The notes beneath the pieces were generated by a model that worked only from the letters and a program-made list of their open reading frames with translations, did no database searches and was not told where the DNA came from. A stretch of DNA of 64,000 nt. Origin: Verrucomicrobiota bacterium (lineage in GTDB: Bacteria; Verrucomicrobiota; Verrucomicrobiia; Limisphaerales; UBA11358). The DNA lies in the NCBI GenBank assembly GCA_049516255.1, contig JBEKTH010000011.1, positions 10,348 to 74,347 on the forward strand. Reading direction: 5' to 3'. Shown piece after piece: positions 38,659 through 49,024 of this stretch; position 1 is the stretch's first letter, and every line of letters begins with the position of its first letter. A program made the position numbers and the translations under genes.

Positions 38659-40797
38659 ATGTCAGAAAAAATCGTTGCCCAGGTGGGCGATAAACAGATC
38701 GTCATTGAAACCGGAAAACTGGCCAAACAGGCCGACGGCGCCGTTACCGTCCAGCTCGGAGAAACCATCGTCGTGGTGGCTGCGGTCGCCGCGACCAAGG
38801 CCAAGGCGGGCCAGGAATTCTTCCCCCTGACCGTGGACTACCGCGAGAAGGCGGCCGCCGCGGGAAAATTCCCCGGCGGTTACTTCAAGCGTGAAGGCCG
38901 TCCGACCGAAAAGGAAATTCTCACCTCGCGCCTGACCGACCGGCCGATTCGCCCGCTTTTTCCCAAGGGGATGTATAACGAGGTCCAGGTCCAGAGCATT
39001 GTGCTGAGCGCGGATGGTGAAAACGACCCTGACATTCTGAGCATCGTCGGCGCCTCTGCAGCGCTCATGGTAAGTGACATCCCATGGGCCGGGCCGCTCG
39101 GTGCGGTGCGGGTCGGCCGCGTTCAAGGCAAGTTTGTCGCCAATCCGACCCATGCCGAGATGAAGGAAAGCGATCTCGACCTCGTTTATGTCGGCAACGA
39201 AACCGACATTGTGATGTACGAAGGTTCGGCGAAGGAAATCAGCGAGGCCGATTTCAATGCCGCGTTGAAGTTCGGCCAGGAAAGCTGCCAGCCGCTGATC
39301 GCCGCCCAGAAGGAACTGGTCGCGAAAGCAGGCAAGAAGAAACGTGAAATCAAGCTCACGGTTGTTCCCGACGAAATCCTCGAGGAGGCAAAAAAACTTG
39401 CCGGCGACCGTTTTGTACCCGCCCTGTTGACGCCCGGCAAACTGGCGCGCGAGGACGCGTGCAAGGCGATTCAGGACGAGGTGGGCGCAAAACTCGTTGA
39501 AAAGTTCGGCGAAGAAAAGGTGACCGATTTTGTCATCAAGGACGCCTTTTATTACATTCAAAAGGAGGCCGTTCGGACTTTGATTTTGGAAAACGGCAAG
39601 CGCCTGGATGGCCGCGGCTTTGACGTGGTGCGCCCGATTTCCAGCGAGGTCGGCATCCTGCCGCGCGCGCATGGTTCGGCCCTTTTCTGTCGCGGCGAAA
39701 CCCAGGCGGTGACGCTCGCCACGCTCGGCACCGGTGACGATGTGCAGGAATTTGACTCCTACACCGGGGGCGAGAACGAAAAGAAATTCATCCTGCACTA
39801 CAATTTCCCGAATTTCTCCGTCGGCGAAACCGGCCGCATTGCCGGCCCGGGCCGCCGCGAGATCGGCCACGGCGCCCTGGCCGAACGTTCCATCGAACCG
39901 ATGATACCCGTCGAAAATTATCCGTATTCCATCCGCGTCACGAGCGAGATCATGGAATCGAACGGCTCGACCTCCATGGCGAGCGTGTGCGGCGGCACTT
40001 TGGCGTTGATGGACGCGGGCGTGCCGATGATCCGGCCGGTCGCCGGCATCAGCATCGGCATTTGCACCGCCTACGGCCCCGACCATAAAATCGCAAAGTA
40101 CAAACTCCTCACCGACATCATCGGCTGGGAAGACGCGTATTGCGACATGGATTGCAAGATCGCCGGCACGGAAAAGGGCATCACCGGTTTCCAACTCGAC
40201 CTGAAGCTGAAGGGCATCCCGCACACCATGATGGCTGAGGCCGTTGAGAACGCGCGCGTCGCCCGGTTGTTCATTCTCGGTGAAATGGCCAAGACCCTGG
40301 CCGAGCCGCGCAAGGAAATCAGCAAGTACGCGCCGCGCATCCAGACCGTCAAGATCAATCCGGAGAAGATTGGCGCGCTCATCGGACCCGGTGGCAAGAA
40401 CATCAAGAAGCTGGTCGAGGAATCCGGCTGCGAAATCGACATCGAGGACGATGGTACGGTAAACATCTTCTCGGTGTCGCCCGAAGGCATGAAGATTGCC
40501 CTCGACGCCATCACAGGGATGACCGCCGAGGCCGAGGTGGGCAAGGTTTATCGCGGCAAGGTCGTCACCATCAAGGAATTCGGCGCGTTCGTGGAATTCC
40601 TGCCGGGTAAGGACGGCCTCGTGCACATCAGCGAACTGGCCAATTTCCGCGTCAAGAAGACCGAGGACATCGTCAAAATGGGCGATGAAATCTGGGTCAA
40701 ATGCCTGGGCGTGGATGAAAAGGGCAGGGTGCGCCTGTCCCGCAAGGCCGCCATGGAAGAGCGCGACCAGGAAATGGCCGAGCCGGAAAAAAAGTAA
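38659..40797 (+). CDS. pnp: Polyribonucleotide nucleotidyltransferase (PNPase)
   Basis: 712 aa from the ATG at 38659. Two RNase PH domains, a KH domain ([10 protein letters not shown]) and an S1 domain ([15 protein letters not shown]). Confidence 0.96.
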   Translation: MSEKIVAQVGDKQIVIETGKLAKQADGAVTVQLGETIVVVAAVAATKAKAGQEFFPLTVDYREKAAAAGKFPGGYFKREGRPTEKEILTSRLTDRPIRPLFPKGMYNEVQVQSIVLSADGENDPDILSIVGASAALMVSDIPWAGPLGAVRVGRVQGKFVANPTHAEMKESDLDLVYVGNETDIVMYEGSAKEISEADFNAALKFGQESCQPLIAAQKELVAKAGKKKREIKLTVVPDEILEEAKKLAGDRFVPALLTPGKLAREDACKAIQDEVGAKLVEKFGEEKVTDFVIKDAFYYIQKEAVRTLILENGKRLDGRGFDVVRPISSEVGILPRAHGSALFCRGETQAVTLATLGTGDDVQEFDSYTGGENEKKFILHYNFPNFSVGETGRIAGPGRREIGHGALAERSIEPMIPVENYPYSIRVTSEIMESNGSTSMASVCGGTLALMDAGVPMIRPVAGISIGICTAYGPDHKIAKYKLLTDIIGWEDAYCDMDCKIAGTEKGITGFQLDLKLKGIPHTMMAEAVENARVARLFILGEMAKTLAEPRKEISKYAPRIQTVKINPEKIGALIGPGGKNIKKLVEESGCEIDIEDDGTVNIFSVSPEGMKIALDAITGMTAEAEVGKVYRGKVVTIKEFGAFVEFLPGKDGLVHISELANFRVKKTEDIVKMGDEIWVKCLGVDEKGRVRLSRKAAMEERDQEMAEPEKK

Positions 40798-40821
40798 AAC
40801 GGCCAACTATTTCTACCCAAA

Positions 40822-40865
40822 CCTCGGCATGGGCAAAAAAACCTGTGCCGAGGTTAATCTTTTTA
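40822..40865 (+). terminator. Possible terminator after pnp
   Basis: cctcggca-N16-tgccgagg, then ttaatcttttt. Confidence 0.5.
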
Positions 40866-40875
40866 CGGCTTTTGA

Positions 40876-40992
40876 ATTAACCGCGAAATGCGCGAAATAC
40901 GCTAACAGGATTTAAAACTTTTTCGTGTATTTAGCGGTTTAAACGGCTTCCCGGCAAATTAACGTTTCGTATTTTTTGTGTTTGGCGGTTCA
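40876..40992. repeat. CGCGAAATA-type palindromic repeat, upstream flank of the GxxExxY gene
   Basis: ttaaccgcgaaatgcgcgaaatacgctaacaggat, followed by two complementary arms (ttttcgtgtatttagcggttt and cgtttcgtattttttgtgtttggcggtt). Confidence 0.75.
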
Positions 40993-41007
40993 GTTATTCT
41001 TTTCCCC

Positions 41008-41409
41008 ATGAAAACTGAATTATTATTCAAAGAGGAAAGTTATAAGATCGTTGGAGCGTGTTTTGAAGTTTATCGTGAGAAAGCCTGTGGTTTCCTTGAA
41101 CCGGTGTATCAGGAATGCATGGAGATTGAATTACGCCTGCAAGGAATTCCGTTTGTGCCTCAGAAGCCGCTGGCACTCGAATACAAGGGTTGTCCGCTGC
41201 GTTCAAAATATGTGCCGGATTTTGTCTGTTACGACAAGATCATGTTGGAACTGAAAGCTGTGACCGAGCTGACTGATGAACATCGGGCGCAAGTACAGAA
41301 TTATCTGACAGCGACGGGACTGAAACTCGGATTGCTGGTCAATTTGGGACATTATCCCAAGGCTGAGGTTGAACGTATCGTGGCTGAAAAGGGCCGATAC
41401 GCACATTAA
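41008..41409 (+). CDS. GxxExxY family protein (PD-(D/E)xK-like)
   Basis: 133 aa from the ATG at 41008. IVGACFEVYREKACGFLEPVYQECMEIEL...PDFVCYDKIMLELKAV...QNYL. Confidence 0.85.
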   Translation: MKTELLFKEESYKIVGACFEVYREKACGFLEPVYQECMEIELRLQGIPFVPQKPLALEYKGCPLRSKYVPDFVCYDKIMLELKAVTELTDEHRAQVQNYLTATGLKLGLLVNLGHYPKAEVERIVAEKGRYAH

Positions 41410-41468
41410 CCGCGAAATACGCTAACAGGATAATTTTTTTTCGCGTATTTCGTGTATTTTGCGGTTTA
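41406..41468. repeat. CGCGAAATA-type palindromic repeat, downstream flank of the GxxExxY gene
   Basis: ttaaccgcgaaatacgctaacaggat, then the complementary arm tttttcgcgtatttcgtgtattttgcggtt. Its first 26 nt match the upstream copy apart from one 9-nt unit. Confidence 0.8.
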
Positions 41469-41469
41469 A

Positions 41470-42045
41470 TTAAATTCTTTTCGCCAGTTCCGCCTGGCTC
41501 TTCGCAAACACTTCCTTGTGCAGCGAATTGCCGTGCGCGTCCATGGTCACCACGGCGGGGAAGTTTTCGACTTCAAATTCCCAGATGGCTTCCGGCGCGC
41601 CAAATTCTTTCATCATATAAACGTTGCGCACCTTCTTGATGCAGTCGGCCAGCACCTGTGCCGCGCCGCCAACCGCGTGCAGATAGACGCAGCCAAAGTC
41701 CTTGCACGCTGCGAGCGTCTTGTCGCCCATGCCACCCTTGCCGATGACACCACGAATGCCGAAGTCCTTGATGATTTGCGCCTGATACGGTTCTTCGCGA
41801 ATGGACGTCGTTGGGCCGGCGGCAGTGGCTTTCCAGGTACCGTCGTCCTGTTTCATCACGACCGGGCCGCAATGATAAAGGATGCCGTCGCGCAGGTTCA
41901 CGCCCGGCGGCAGCTTGCCGCCCTCGTGCAAGTATTTGTGGACCGCGTCGCGCCCGGTGAACACGACGCCGGAAATCAGCACCTCATCGCCGACTTTCAG
42001 TGCCCGGATTTTTTCTTCGGAAAATGGGAATGAAAGTTTAATCAT
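41470..42045 (-). CDS. Class I (Fe-S) fumarate hydratase / tartrate dehydratase beta subunit
   Basis: 191 aa. LKVGDEVLISGVVFTGRDAVHK...IGKGGM. Confidence 0.88.
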   Translation of the reverse strand: MIKLSFPFSEEKIRALKVGDEVLISGVVFTGRDAVHKYLHEGGKLPPGVNLRDGILYHCGPVVMKQDDGTWKATAAGPTTSIREEPYQAQIIKDFGIRGVIGKGGMGDKTLAACKDFGCVYLHAVGGAAQVLADCIKKVRNVYMMKEFGAPEAIWEFEVENFPAVVTMDAHGNSLHKEVFAKSQAELAKRI

Positions 42046-42058
42046 AACAACATCTAAA

Positions 42059-43075
42059 CTAGAACCGTGGTTCGTCGGCCACCGCTGGCTTAAACCGTTG
42101 GATGACTCTTTGAATCCGTTCAGGTACGTTGAACGAGCTCTCTACTTGCTCATTTTTTTTGCACGCGGCTTCCATCCGCGTGAGTTGCTCCGAGGTGAAG
42201 AACTTGAGGCCTTCAATCTTTCCAGCAATGGCCTTGGAAGCTGCGAATGAAGGTGCTTTTTCCAAACCTACAACCAGCGCTTCTCGCATCGTGCCTGCGG
42301 TCGTTTTGTTCTTCAGCAACAAATCCACCACGTCGGCGGCAAGCGCGTCGTGTGCGTCGAGCTTGCCCGGCGAACCTTGCAGTTTGCCGATGAAGCCGTA
42401 AGGGTCTAGGCCAAGCCTGACAGGAATTACTAGCACGCCTTTGCCGATTGCGAAGCCCACTTCCTGGTCAGTCCACTTGCTTTCATGGAAATCAGGCGTG
42501 AGCAATGCGACAAAGGCGTGCATGGAGCGTAGTGCGAGTTCGATTTCACGCTGCCACTCAAGATTCGGCTCGATGTCTTCGTGCGCAACGAACGATGAAA
42601 CACCAAACTTTCGAAACTCCCACTTCAGCTTGGACACCGCAACCTTGTGGGTGGAGACGTGGCTGAGAAATAGTCGCAGCATGCCCGGCAGCCACAAATG
42701 CTCGACATCAACAGGAGCTATCTTTGGGTCAACGGCTTTTGGAGGTTGTTCCAAGATAAGACTGATTGCAACTTCGCGCAGCAACGTATTGCCAGTGTTG
42801 CGCAAAACAGAGGGGAGCTTCCCAGCAATGGCCTTCTCCATTTGCGACACGTCCGGCTCAATGGGTGCGAACACTTTCAATGGCAAATCCAAGAACAGGG
42901 TGAAAAGATACTGCCCGCTATCCCAGTTGTCGTAACCCGTCTCCTCAATTCTTGGTTTGGCGTTTTCTAGAACCTCACAAGCTGAATGATTTCCCTGATG
43001 GCGAAACAACTCGGTCAGCGTCGCCGCCACCGCTTCGGCGCTTTTAGGAAATGCTATTGGAGCTTCATCGTTCAT
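42059..43075 (-). CDS. TIR-like domain protein with an unknown N-terminal domain
   Basis: 339 aa from the ATG at 43075. The core LFLSHVSTHKVAVSKL...FVAHEDIEPNLEWQREI...ALLTPDFHESKWTDQEVGFAIG...VIPV matches the bacterial TIR-like pattern. G+C is visibly lower than in the flanks. Confidence 0.6.
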   Translation of the reverse strand: MNDEAPIAFPKSAEAVAATLTELFRHQGNHSACEVLENAKPRIEETGYDNWDSGQYLFTLFLDLPLKVFAPIEPDVSQMEKAIAGKLPSVLRNTGNTLLREVAISLILEQPPKAVDPKIAPVDVEHLWLPGMLRLFLSHVSTHKVAVSKLKWEFRKFGVSSFVAHEDIEPNLEWQREIELALRSMHAFVALLTPDFHESKWTDQEVGFAIGKGVLVIPVRLGLDPYGFIGKLQGSPGKLDAHDALAADVVDLLLKNKTTAGTMREALVVGLEKAPSFAASKAIAGKIEGLKFFTSEQLTRMEAACKKNEQVESSFNVPERIQRVIQRFKPAVADEPRF

Positions 43076-43110
43076 CGGTTTAACTTCTGCTTGACGAGAT
43101 TCTCGATTAT

Positions 43111-43989
43111 TCAATACAACCACTTCCCAATTTTCCCCTCCGCATCCAGCGTCACGCCCTGGCGGCGGTAGGCCCAGCACATGTAGCTGATGCTGACGAA
43201 ATAGGAAGCAGGCAGACGGTTCGCCGCGCATATCTTCACGCCCAATAGCGTGGTCTTGCCGCCGAAACCCATCGGGCCGATGCCGAGTTCGTTCGCTGTC
43301 TTCAAAATGTCCTGCTCCAGCTTGTCCAGTTCGGGATTCGGATTGCGGTCGGGAATCAACCGCAGGAACTGCGTCTTGCTCAGTTCGTAACCGGTCGCCC
43401 GGTCACCGCCGATGCACACGCCGAGGATGCCCGGGCCGCAGCCCTTGCCCTGCGCCTGCAACACCGCGTCGAGAATCGCCTTGCGGCACCCGTCGAGGTC
43501 GCGATTGGCCTGAAGCTTCTCATTCGGCAACGAGTATTGCGCGCCAACGTTTTCGCAGCCGCCGCCCTTGAGCACCAGCCGCACGCTGACTTCCGGTGAA
43601 CGATGCTGATGGAAATGAAATGCCGGCGCGCCGGGGCCGACGTTGGTACCGTCGTTCACTCCGGTGAGCGAATCCACCGAGTTCTGGCGGAGAAATCCTT
43701 TTTTGGTCGCCAGTTTCACGGCTTCCTTCGCCGTTTCCTCAAACGCGATCGGGTCGAAACCGACCGGACAATCCACGTAAAAGAGGATGCTGCCGGTGTC
43801 CTGGCAGATGGGCTGCGACTTGCGTTTGGCAAGCTGGATGTTCTGGTCGATGATTTTCAGTGCGCTTTCGGCAATCGTGCCTTTTTTTTCCTGTTCCAGG
43901 GATGCGAGGATGGATTGGTTGACGTCGTCGGGAATTTCCGCCGAGGTGCGCCGGATCAATTCGAGCAAGGAATTTTGCAATTCACTCAT
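43111..43989 (-). CDS. Class I (Fe-S) fumarate hydratase / tartrate dehydratase alpha subunit
   Basis: 292 aa from the ATG at 43989. Has the CQDTG motif, and the ...GGGCENV and GPGILGVCIGG regions. Confidence 0.88.
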   Translation of the reverse strand: MSELQNSLLELIRRTSAEIPDDVNQSILASLEQEKKGTIAESALKIIDQNIQLAKRKSQPICQDTGSILFYVDCPVGFDPIAFEETAKEAVKLATKKGFLRQNSVDSLTGVNDGTNVGPGAPAFHFHQHRSPEVSVRLVLKGGGCENVGAQYSLPNEKLQANRDLDGCRKAILDAVLQAQGKGCGPGILGVCIGGDRATGYELSKTQFLRLIPDRNPNPELDKLEQDILKTANELGIGPMGFGGKTTLLGVKICAANRLPASYFVSISYMCWAYRRQGVTLDAEGKIGKWLY

Positions 43990-44141
43990 AAAGCTGCCGA
44001 CAGCGTAAGGCTTTGGAATGCCAGCGTCAATTGGTGGGGCGAGCGTATTCGCGAGCCGGCTAACGGTCAAAGCAGGGCAGCGACGGCTCGTCAGTAGCCT
44101 CGCCCCACCAAATCGGCGCCGGTCATATACCGACGCTACAA

Positions 44142-44573
44142 CTACGCGGCGTCAATCAAGTCAATCCGATGTTGATGCCGGCCGCCTTGGAATGGCGTTT
44201 CCAGCCACACCCGGACAATTTCGAGCGCCATTTCAAGACTGACCATTCGTTCGCCGATGGAAATGACATTGGCGTTGTTGTGCAGGCGACCGAGACGGGC
44301 AGACTCCACGTTCCAGCATAGGGCGCAACGGACGCCCTTGACGCGGTTGGCGGTGATGGCTTCGCCGTTGCCGGAACCACCCAGCACGATGCCGCGTTCG
44401 AATTCGCCCCGCGCGACGCCTTCCGCCACGGGCCGGATGAACAGGGGATAATCTACCAGTTCCTCCGAATGCGTTCCGAAATCCGTGACGTCATGTCCGA
44501 GGTTCTGCAGCAGTTCCTTGATTTTTTCCTTGTACCTGAATCCGGCGTGATCTGACCCAATGGCAATTTTCAT
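44142..44573 (-). CDS. rpiB: Ribose-5-phosphate isomerase B
   Basis: 143 aa. MKIAIGSDHAGFRYKE...GIVLGGSGNGEAITANR. Confidence 0.93.
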   Translation of the reverse strand: MKIAIGSDHAGFRYKEKIKELLQNLGHDVTDFGTHSEELVDYPLFIRPVAEGVARGEFERGIVLGGSGNGEAITANRVKGVRCALCWNVESARLGRLHNNANVISIGERMVSLEMALEIVRVWLETPFQGGRHQHRIDLIDAA

Positions 44574-44642
44574 GGCTCACTCTCCGCACCAGCATGACAC
44601 GCGGGTCTTGACTTTTCCAGCCCGGAGCGCCTTTTCTGCCGG

Positions 44643-46697
44643 GTGAAGTCCGTCCTGCACGTGGCCACGCCGCCGGCGAAACCGTTGATGGTTTATGACG
44701 GCGACTGCAATTTCTGCACGATCTGGATCCGCCGGTGGCAACAGATGACCGGCCAGAGCGTGGACTTTCTGCCGGCGCAGGATCCAGGCATCCCGGCGCA
44801 GTTTCCTGAAATTCCCCGCGAACAGTTTGATACCGCCGTCCAGCTTGTCGAATCCGACGGTACGGTTTATTCCGGCGCCGAAGCGGTGTTTCGCACGCTG
44901 GCGCACAGTTCCCATCGTCAATGGCCGTTGCGCCTTTACCAAGACTCGCCGTTCCTTGCGAACATCACGGAATGGGCTTACCGCCAGGTCGCGACCCATC
45001 GGGCTTTTTTCTCCCTCCTGACGCGCTGGTTTTGGGGACGGCACGTCGAACCGCCGGCGCAAGTTCTCACGCGCTGGATTTTTCTGCGTGCGCTGGCCGT
45101 AATTTACCTGATGGCGTTCGTTTCGTTGTGGACGCAAATCGACGGCCTGATCGGTCACGACGGTATTTTGCCGACCGACCAGTATGTGGCGGCGGCGCGG
45201 CAGCAATGCGACTTGGAGGGGATCGGCCCGGACCGGTTTCGTTTAATACCCACGTTCTGCTGGTTCGATTCATCCGATGGCTTTCTTGGTTTTCAATGCG
45301 CGGCCGGCGTGGGGCTGGCGGTCCTTTTGATGGTTGGCGTTGCACCCGTGCCATGTCTCACCTTGCTGTGGCTGTTGTATCTTTCGCTCGCGACCGTTGG
45401 GCGCGATTTTCTCGGTTTCCAATGGGACAACCTGCTGCTCGAAGCCGGCTTTCTCGCGATCTTTCTGGCGCCGTGGCAATGGCTGCCGCGCTGTTTCCTG
45501 GGAGCGCTGGCATCTTGCCGGCGTGGAGTTGTTGGATCTGGCCGGCAAGATGCCGGCGCTCCGGCTCAAGAAGCGCCACCTTCCCGCATCGTGTTGTGGC
45601 TGCTGCGATTATTGCTGTTCAAACTGATATTTTCATCCGGCTGTGTGAAGCTGTTCAGCGGCGACCCGAATTGGCGCAACCTTACCGCGCTGACTTTTCA
45701 CTATCAAACGCAGCCGCTGCCGACGTGGATTGGCTGGTACGCGCAGCAACTGCCATTGTGGTTTCAAAAGGCGTCCTGTGCCGGGATGTTCGCGATTGAA
45801 CTGGGTGCGCCGTTCCTGATCTTTATGCCACGGCGACTGCGGTTTTGCGGCGGGGCAGCCATCGCGTTTCTCCAAATCCTGATCCTGTTGACCGGCAATT
45901 ACACCTTTTTCAACTGGCTCACGCTGGCATTATGCCTGTTGCTGCTGGATGATTTCGTATTGAAGAAGGTTGTGCCGTTAAAACTCCGGCGTTTGTTTGC
46001 CTTCAACCCTCAACCTTCAACCTTCAACCGGTCCCGGCGCTGGCCGCGTTTCATCACCGTTCCGCTCGCGATGGTGGTGACGATCCTTTACCTGTTTCAG
46101 ATCAGCCTGACGTTCGGCGCCCGGCCGGTCTGGCTGTATCCGGTGGCCGTAGCGGATGCCTGGCTCGAACCTTTTCGGACATTCAACGGGTACGGTTTGT
46201 TCGCCGTGATGACCACCGAACGGCGCGAGATCGTCGTGGAAGGTAGCGATGACGGCATGAACTGGCGGCCGTATGAATTCAAAAACAAACCCGGTGACGT
46301 GGACCGGCGTCCGGCCTTTGTCGCGCCGCACCAGCCGCGCCTGGACTGGCAGATGTGGTTCGCGGCGCTGGGCGATTACCGGGAGAACCCGTGGTTTGTA
46401 AATTTCTGCCTGCGCCTGCTGCAAGGTTCACCGGAGGTGGCGGCGTTGCTGGCCAAAAATCCGTTTCCGGATCACCCGCCGCGCTACCTTCGCGCCGGGC
46501 TTTACGACTATCAATTTACCAGTTTTGCCGAACGGCACGCCTCCGGCGCGTGGTGGAAACGGGAGCGGGTGGGCGAATACCTGCCGCCGGTGTCACTTTC
46601 CGATTTTGAAAAAAATCAGAACTTCCTCTCGACAGACAACCACACATTGTTAATTTCGCAACGGCCATGGCCAAAACCAAACGTATCGGGATACTGA
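44643..46697 (+). CDS. Fusion protein: DCC-type thiol-disulfide oxidoreductase (DUF393) + lipase maturation factor (LMF) family membrane domain
   Basis: 684 aa with a GTG start. The N-terminus has VYDGDCNFC. The LMF-like blocks are [28 protein letters not shown] and [22 protein letters not shown]...[14 protein letters not shown]. It carries two in-frame repeat elements. Confidence 0.8.
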   Translation: MKSVLHVATPPAKPLMVYDGDCNFCTIWIRRWQQMTGQSVDFLPAQDPGIPAQFPEIPREQFDTAVQLVESDGTVYSGAEAVFRTLAHSSHRQWPLRLYQDSPFLANITEWAYRQVATHRAFFSLLTRWFWGRHVEPPAQVLTRWIFLRALAVIYLMAFVSLWTQIDGLIGHDGILPTDQYVAAARQQCDLEGIGPDRFRLIPTFCWFDSSDGFLGFQCAAGVGLAVLLMVGVAPVPCLTLLWLLYLSLATVGRDFLGFQWDNLLLEAGFLAIFLAPWQWLPRCFLGALASCRRGVVGSGRQDAGAPAQEAPPSRIVLWLLRLLLFKLIFSSGCVKLFSGDPNWRNLTALTFHYQTQPLPTWIGWYAQQLPLWFQKASCAGMFAIELGAPFLIFMPRRLRFCGGAAIAFLQILILLTGNYTFFNWLTLALCLLLLDDFVLKKVVPLKLRRLFAFNPQPSTFNRSRRWPRFITVPLAMVVTILYLFQISLTFGARPVWLYPVAVADAWLEPFRTFNGYGLFAVMTTERREIVVEGSDDGMNWRPYEFKNKPGDVDRRPAFVAPHQPRLDWQMWFAALGDYRENPWFVNFCLRLLQGSPEVAALLAKNPFPDHPPRYLRAGLYDYQFTSFAERHASGAWWKRERVGEYLPPVSLSDFEKNQNFLSTDNHTLLISQRPWPKPNVSGY
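45501..45562. repeat. 22-bp-stem GC-rich palindrome inside the LMF coding sequence
   Basis: ggagcgctggcatcttgccggc, an 18-nt loop, then gccggcaagatgccggcgctcc (21 of 22 complementary). It encodes ...[21 protein letters not shown]... Confidence 0.85.
45958..46031. repeat. Tandem-heptad inverted repeat (unit CTTCAAC) inside the LMF coding sequence
   Basis: Left arm tattgaagaaggttgtg. Right arm cttcaac cctcaac cttcaac cttcaac. It encodes ...[24 protein letters not shown]... Confidence 0.8.
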
Positions 46698-47794
46698 CCT
46701 CGGGCGGCGACAGCCCCGCCTTGAACGCCGCCATCCGGGGTGTGGGCAAGACCGCGCTCGGCTTTTACGGCATGGAAATCATCGGTTTCCGCGACGGCTT
46801 TCGGGGGCTGGTGGAAGACCGGCGGTTGAAACTCGACAAGGCCGCGCTCTCCGGAATTCTCACCGTCGGCGGCACCATTCTCGGCACGAGCCGCGACAAA
46901 CCGCACCGGATGTTGATTGACGGGCGCACGCGCGACATGACGGACGTCATCGTTGAAAATTACAAAAAATACGAGCTCGGCGCGCTGGTGTGTCTCGGGG
47001 GCGGCGGCACGCAAAAGAACGCGCTGTATCTGGCCAAGGCCGGACTCAATGTCATCACCCTGCCCAAGACAATTGATAACGACGTCGTGCTGACGGATTC
47101 CACCTTTGGCTTTGCCACGGCGCTGGACATTGCGACCGAGGCAATTGACCGGTTGCACAGCACGGCGCACAGTCATCATCGCATCGTGGTGGCCGAAATC
47201 ATGGGGCATCGCGCGGGCTGGCTGACCTTGGGTGCCGGCGTCGCGGGTGGTGCGGACGTGATTTTAATTCCGGAGATTCCCTACGACGTTCAGAAAATCG
47301 CCGATGCCATCAAGCGGCGCAGCCGGCATGGGACGAATTTCAGCATTGTGGCCGTCGCCGAAGGCGCGATGAGCATTGACGACGCGCGCGCGTTCAAATC
47401 CGCCGAAGGCAAACGCGAACGCGCCCGCACCTTGCACGACAAAAAAGAGGCGAAGAACGAACTCGCCGCCCTCGAAGCGCGTCATACCGGAAACACGTTG
47501 CGGCTGGCCCGGCAACTGGAAGACCTCACGCACCTCGAATCACGCGTGACCATCCTCGGCTACGTGCAACGCGGCGGCACGCCGTCGCCGGCCGATCGGC
47601 TGTTGGCCACGCGGTTGGGCAGTGCGTGTGCGGATTTGATCAATGAAGGCGTCTTTGGTGTGATGGTGGCCGCTCGCGGGGACCGGACGGAGCCGGTGCC
47701 TCTGGAAAAGGTTGCCGGCAAACGCAAGATTGTTTCGCCTGACCATCCCTGGGTGGAAACCGCGCGGCGCGTGGGAACGTGTTTGGGGGACTAG
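46667..47794 (+). CDS. pfk: 6-phosphofructokinase (phosphoryl donor not assignable from sequence)
   Basis: 375 aa. [27 protein letters not shown] and MGHRAGWL motifs. It overlaps the preceding ORF by 31 nt. Confidence 0.9.
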   Translation: MAKTKRIGILTSGGDSPALNAAIRGVGKTALGFYGMEIIGFRDGFRGLVEDRRLKLDKAALSGILTVGGTILGTSRDKPHRMLIDGRTRDMTDVIVENYKKYELGALVCLGGGGTQKNALYLAKAGLNVITLPKTIDNDVVLTDSTFGFATALDIATEAIDRLHSTAHSHHRIVVAEIMGHRAGWLTLGAGVAGGADVILIPEIPYDVQKIADAIKRRSRHGTNFSIVAVAEGAMSIDDARAFKSAEGKRERARTLHDKKEAKNELAALEARHTGNTLRLARQLEDLTHLESRVTILGYVQRGGTPSPADRLLATRLGSACADLINEGVFGVMVAARGDRTEPVPLEKVAGKRKIVSPDHPWVETARRVGTCLGD

Positions 47795-48966
47795 CTTTTG
47801 ATCACCACGGCGCCGGACGCCGGACGCGAACTGAAAATGGTGGCATCAATGCCGGTTTTGGCTTTGTAGCCGGTGGCAACGGTTTTTGAAATGGTTTCGA
47901 CGGCGCCGGCTTTTACCAGGGCGACTGTGCAGCCGCCAAACCCGCCGCCGGTCATGCGGCAGCCGTAAACGCCACCCTTCACACCGATGGCTTCCGCCAG
48001 CTCGACGACCGCGTCCAGCTCCCGGCAACTTACCTCGTAATCGTCACGCAATGAGGCGTGGCTCGCATACATCAAATTACCCACCGTTGGCCAGTTGGAG
48101 GCCCGAATTCCCTCGGCGGCGTGCAACGTGCGCTCGATTTCGCCAATCACGTGCCGCGCGCGGCGGTAAACCACCTCGTCCATTTTGTTTTTTGCGTTCT
48201 CCAGTGAATTGGGATCCGCGTCACGCAACGACGACACGCCGAGAATTTTCGCTGCGGCTTCGCATTGGGTGCGGCGTTTGGCGTATTCACCACTGCCCAG
48301 TTCGTGCCTGACATTGGTGTTGATGATGAGCAGTGCAACCGACGGGTCGTTCATCGGCACCAGCTCGGTCTGGCGCGAGCGGCAATCGAGGAGCAGCAGA
48401 TGATTTTCCCGGCCCATCACGGAAATGAACTGGTCCATGATGCCGCACGGCACGCCGGCAAACTCATGTTCCGCCGTCTGGCAGAGCAGGGCCTTTTCGA
48501 CGGGATCCAGTTTTTTGCCGGTGACGGCTTCAAACAGGGTCGCGGTGCCAACTTCGAGCGCGGCGCTGCTGGAAAGTCCGCCGCCCAGTGGCACGGTGGA
48601 ATGCAACAGCACATCGAGCCCGCCGGGATTGATGCCGCGCGCCAGACAACCGGCAAGGACACCGCGCGAGTAGTTCGACCACCTTGGCGCGCCGAGTTTG
48701 ACGGGAACGGCCAGGTCAATCGTGGCCGGTTCAACGCCTTCGGCCGTGTCACGGATTTGAATGGTCTTCCGGCCACCGGCGGGTTTATCGGCGGCCAGGA
48801 GGGTGTAGCGTTCGATGGCCATGGGCAGCACGAACCCGTCGTTGTAATCGGTGTGTTCGCCGATGACATTGACGCGGCCGGGGGCGGCGGCGATCCAACG
48901 CGGCGGGCGGCCGTAGGTTTTGGCAAATTGTTGTGAAACGTAGGTGGCAAGTTCCGGGAGTGTCAT
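47791..48966 (-). CDS. galK: Galactokinase
   Basis: 391 aa. [22 protein letters not shown] and [11 protein letters not shown] (GHMP) motifs. Confidence 0.95.
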   Translation of the reverse strand: MTLPELATYVSQQFAKTYGRPPRWIAAAPGRVNVIGEHTDYNDGFVLPMAIERYTLLAADKPAGGRKTIQIRDTAEGVEPATIDLAVPVKLGAPRWSNYSRGVLAGCLARGINPGGLDVLLHSTVPLGGGLSSSAALEVGTATLFEAVTGKKLDPVEKALLCQTAEHEFAGVPCGIMDQFISVMGRENHLLLLDCRSRQTELVPMNDPSVALLIINTNVRHELGSGEYAKRRTQCEAAAKILGVSSLRDADPNSLENAKNKMDEVVYRRARHVIGEIERTLHAAEGIRASNWPTVGNLMYASHASLRDDYEVSCRELDAVVELAEAIGVKGGVYGCRMTGGGFGGCTVALVKAGAVETISKTVATGYKAKTGIDATIFSSRPASGAVVIKS

Positions 48967-49024
48967 GAATAAATAAAAAACGCCGGTCAGTGTAACCTGC
49001 CGGCGAAGCGAAAATCAATGGTTT

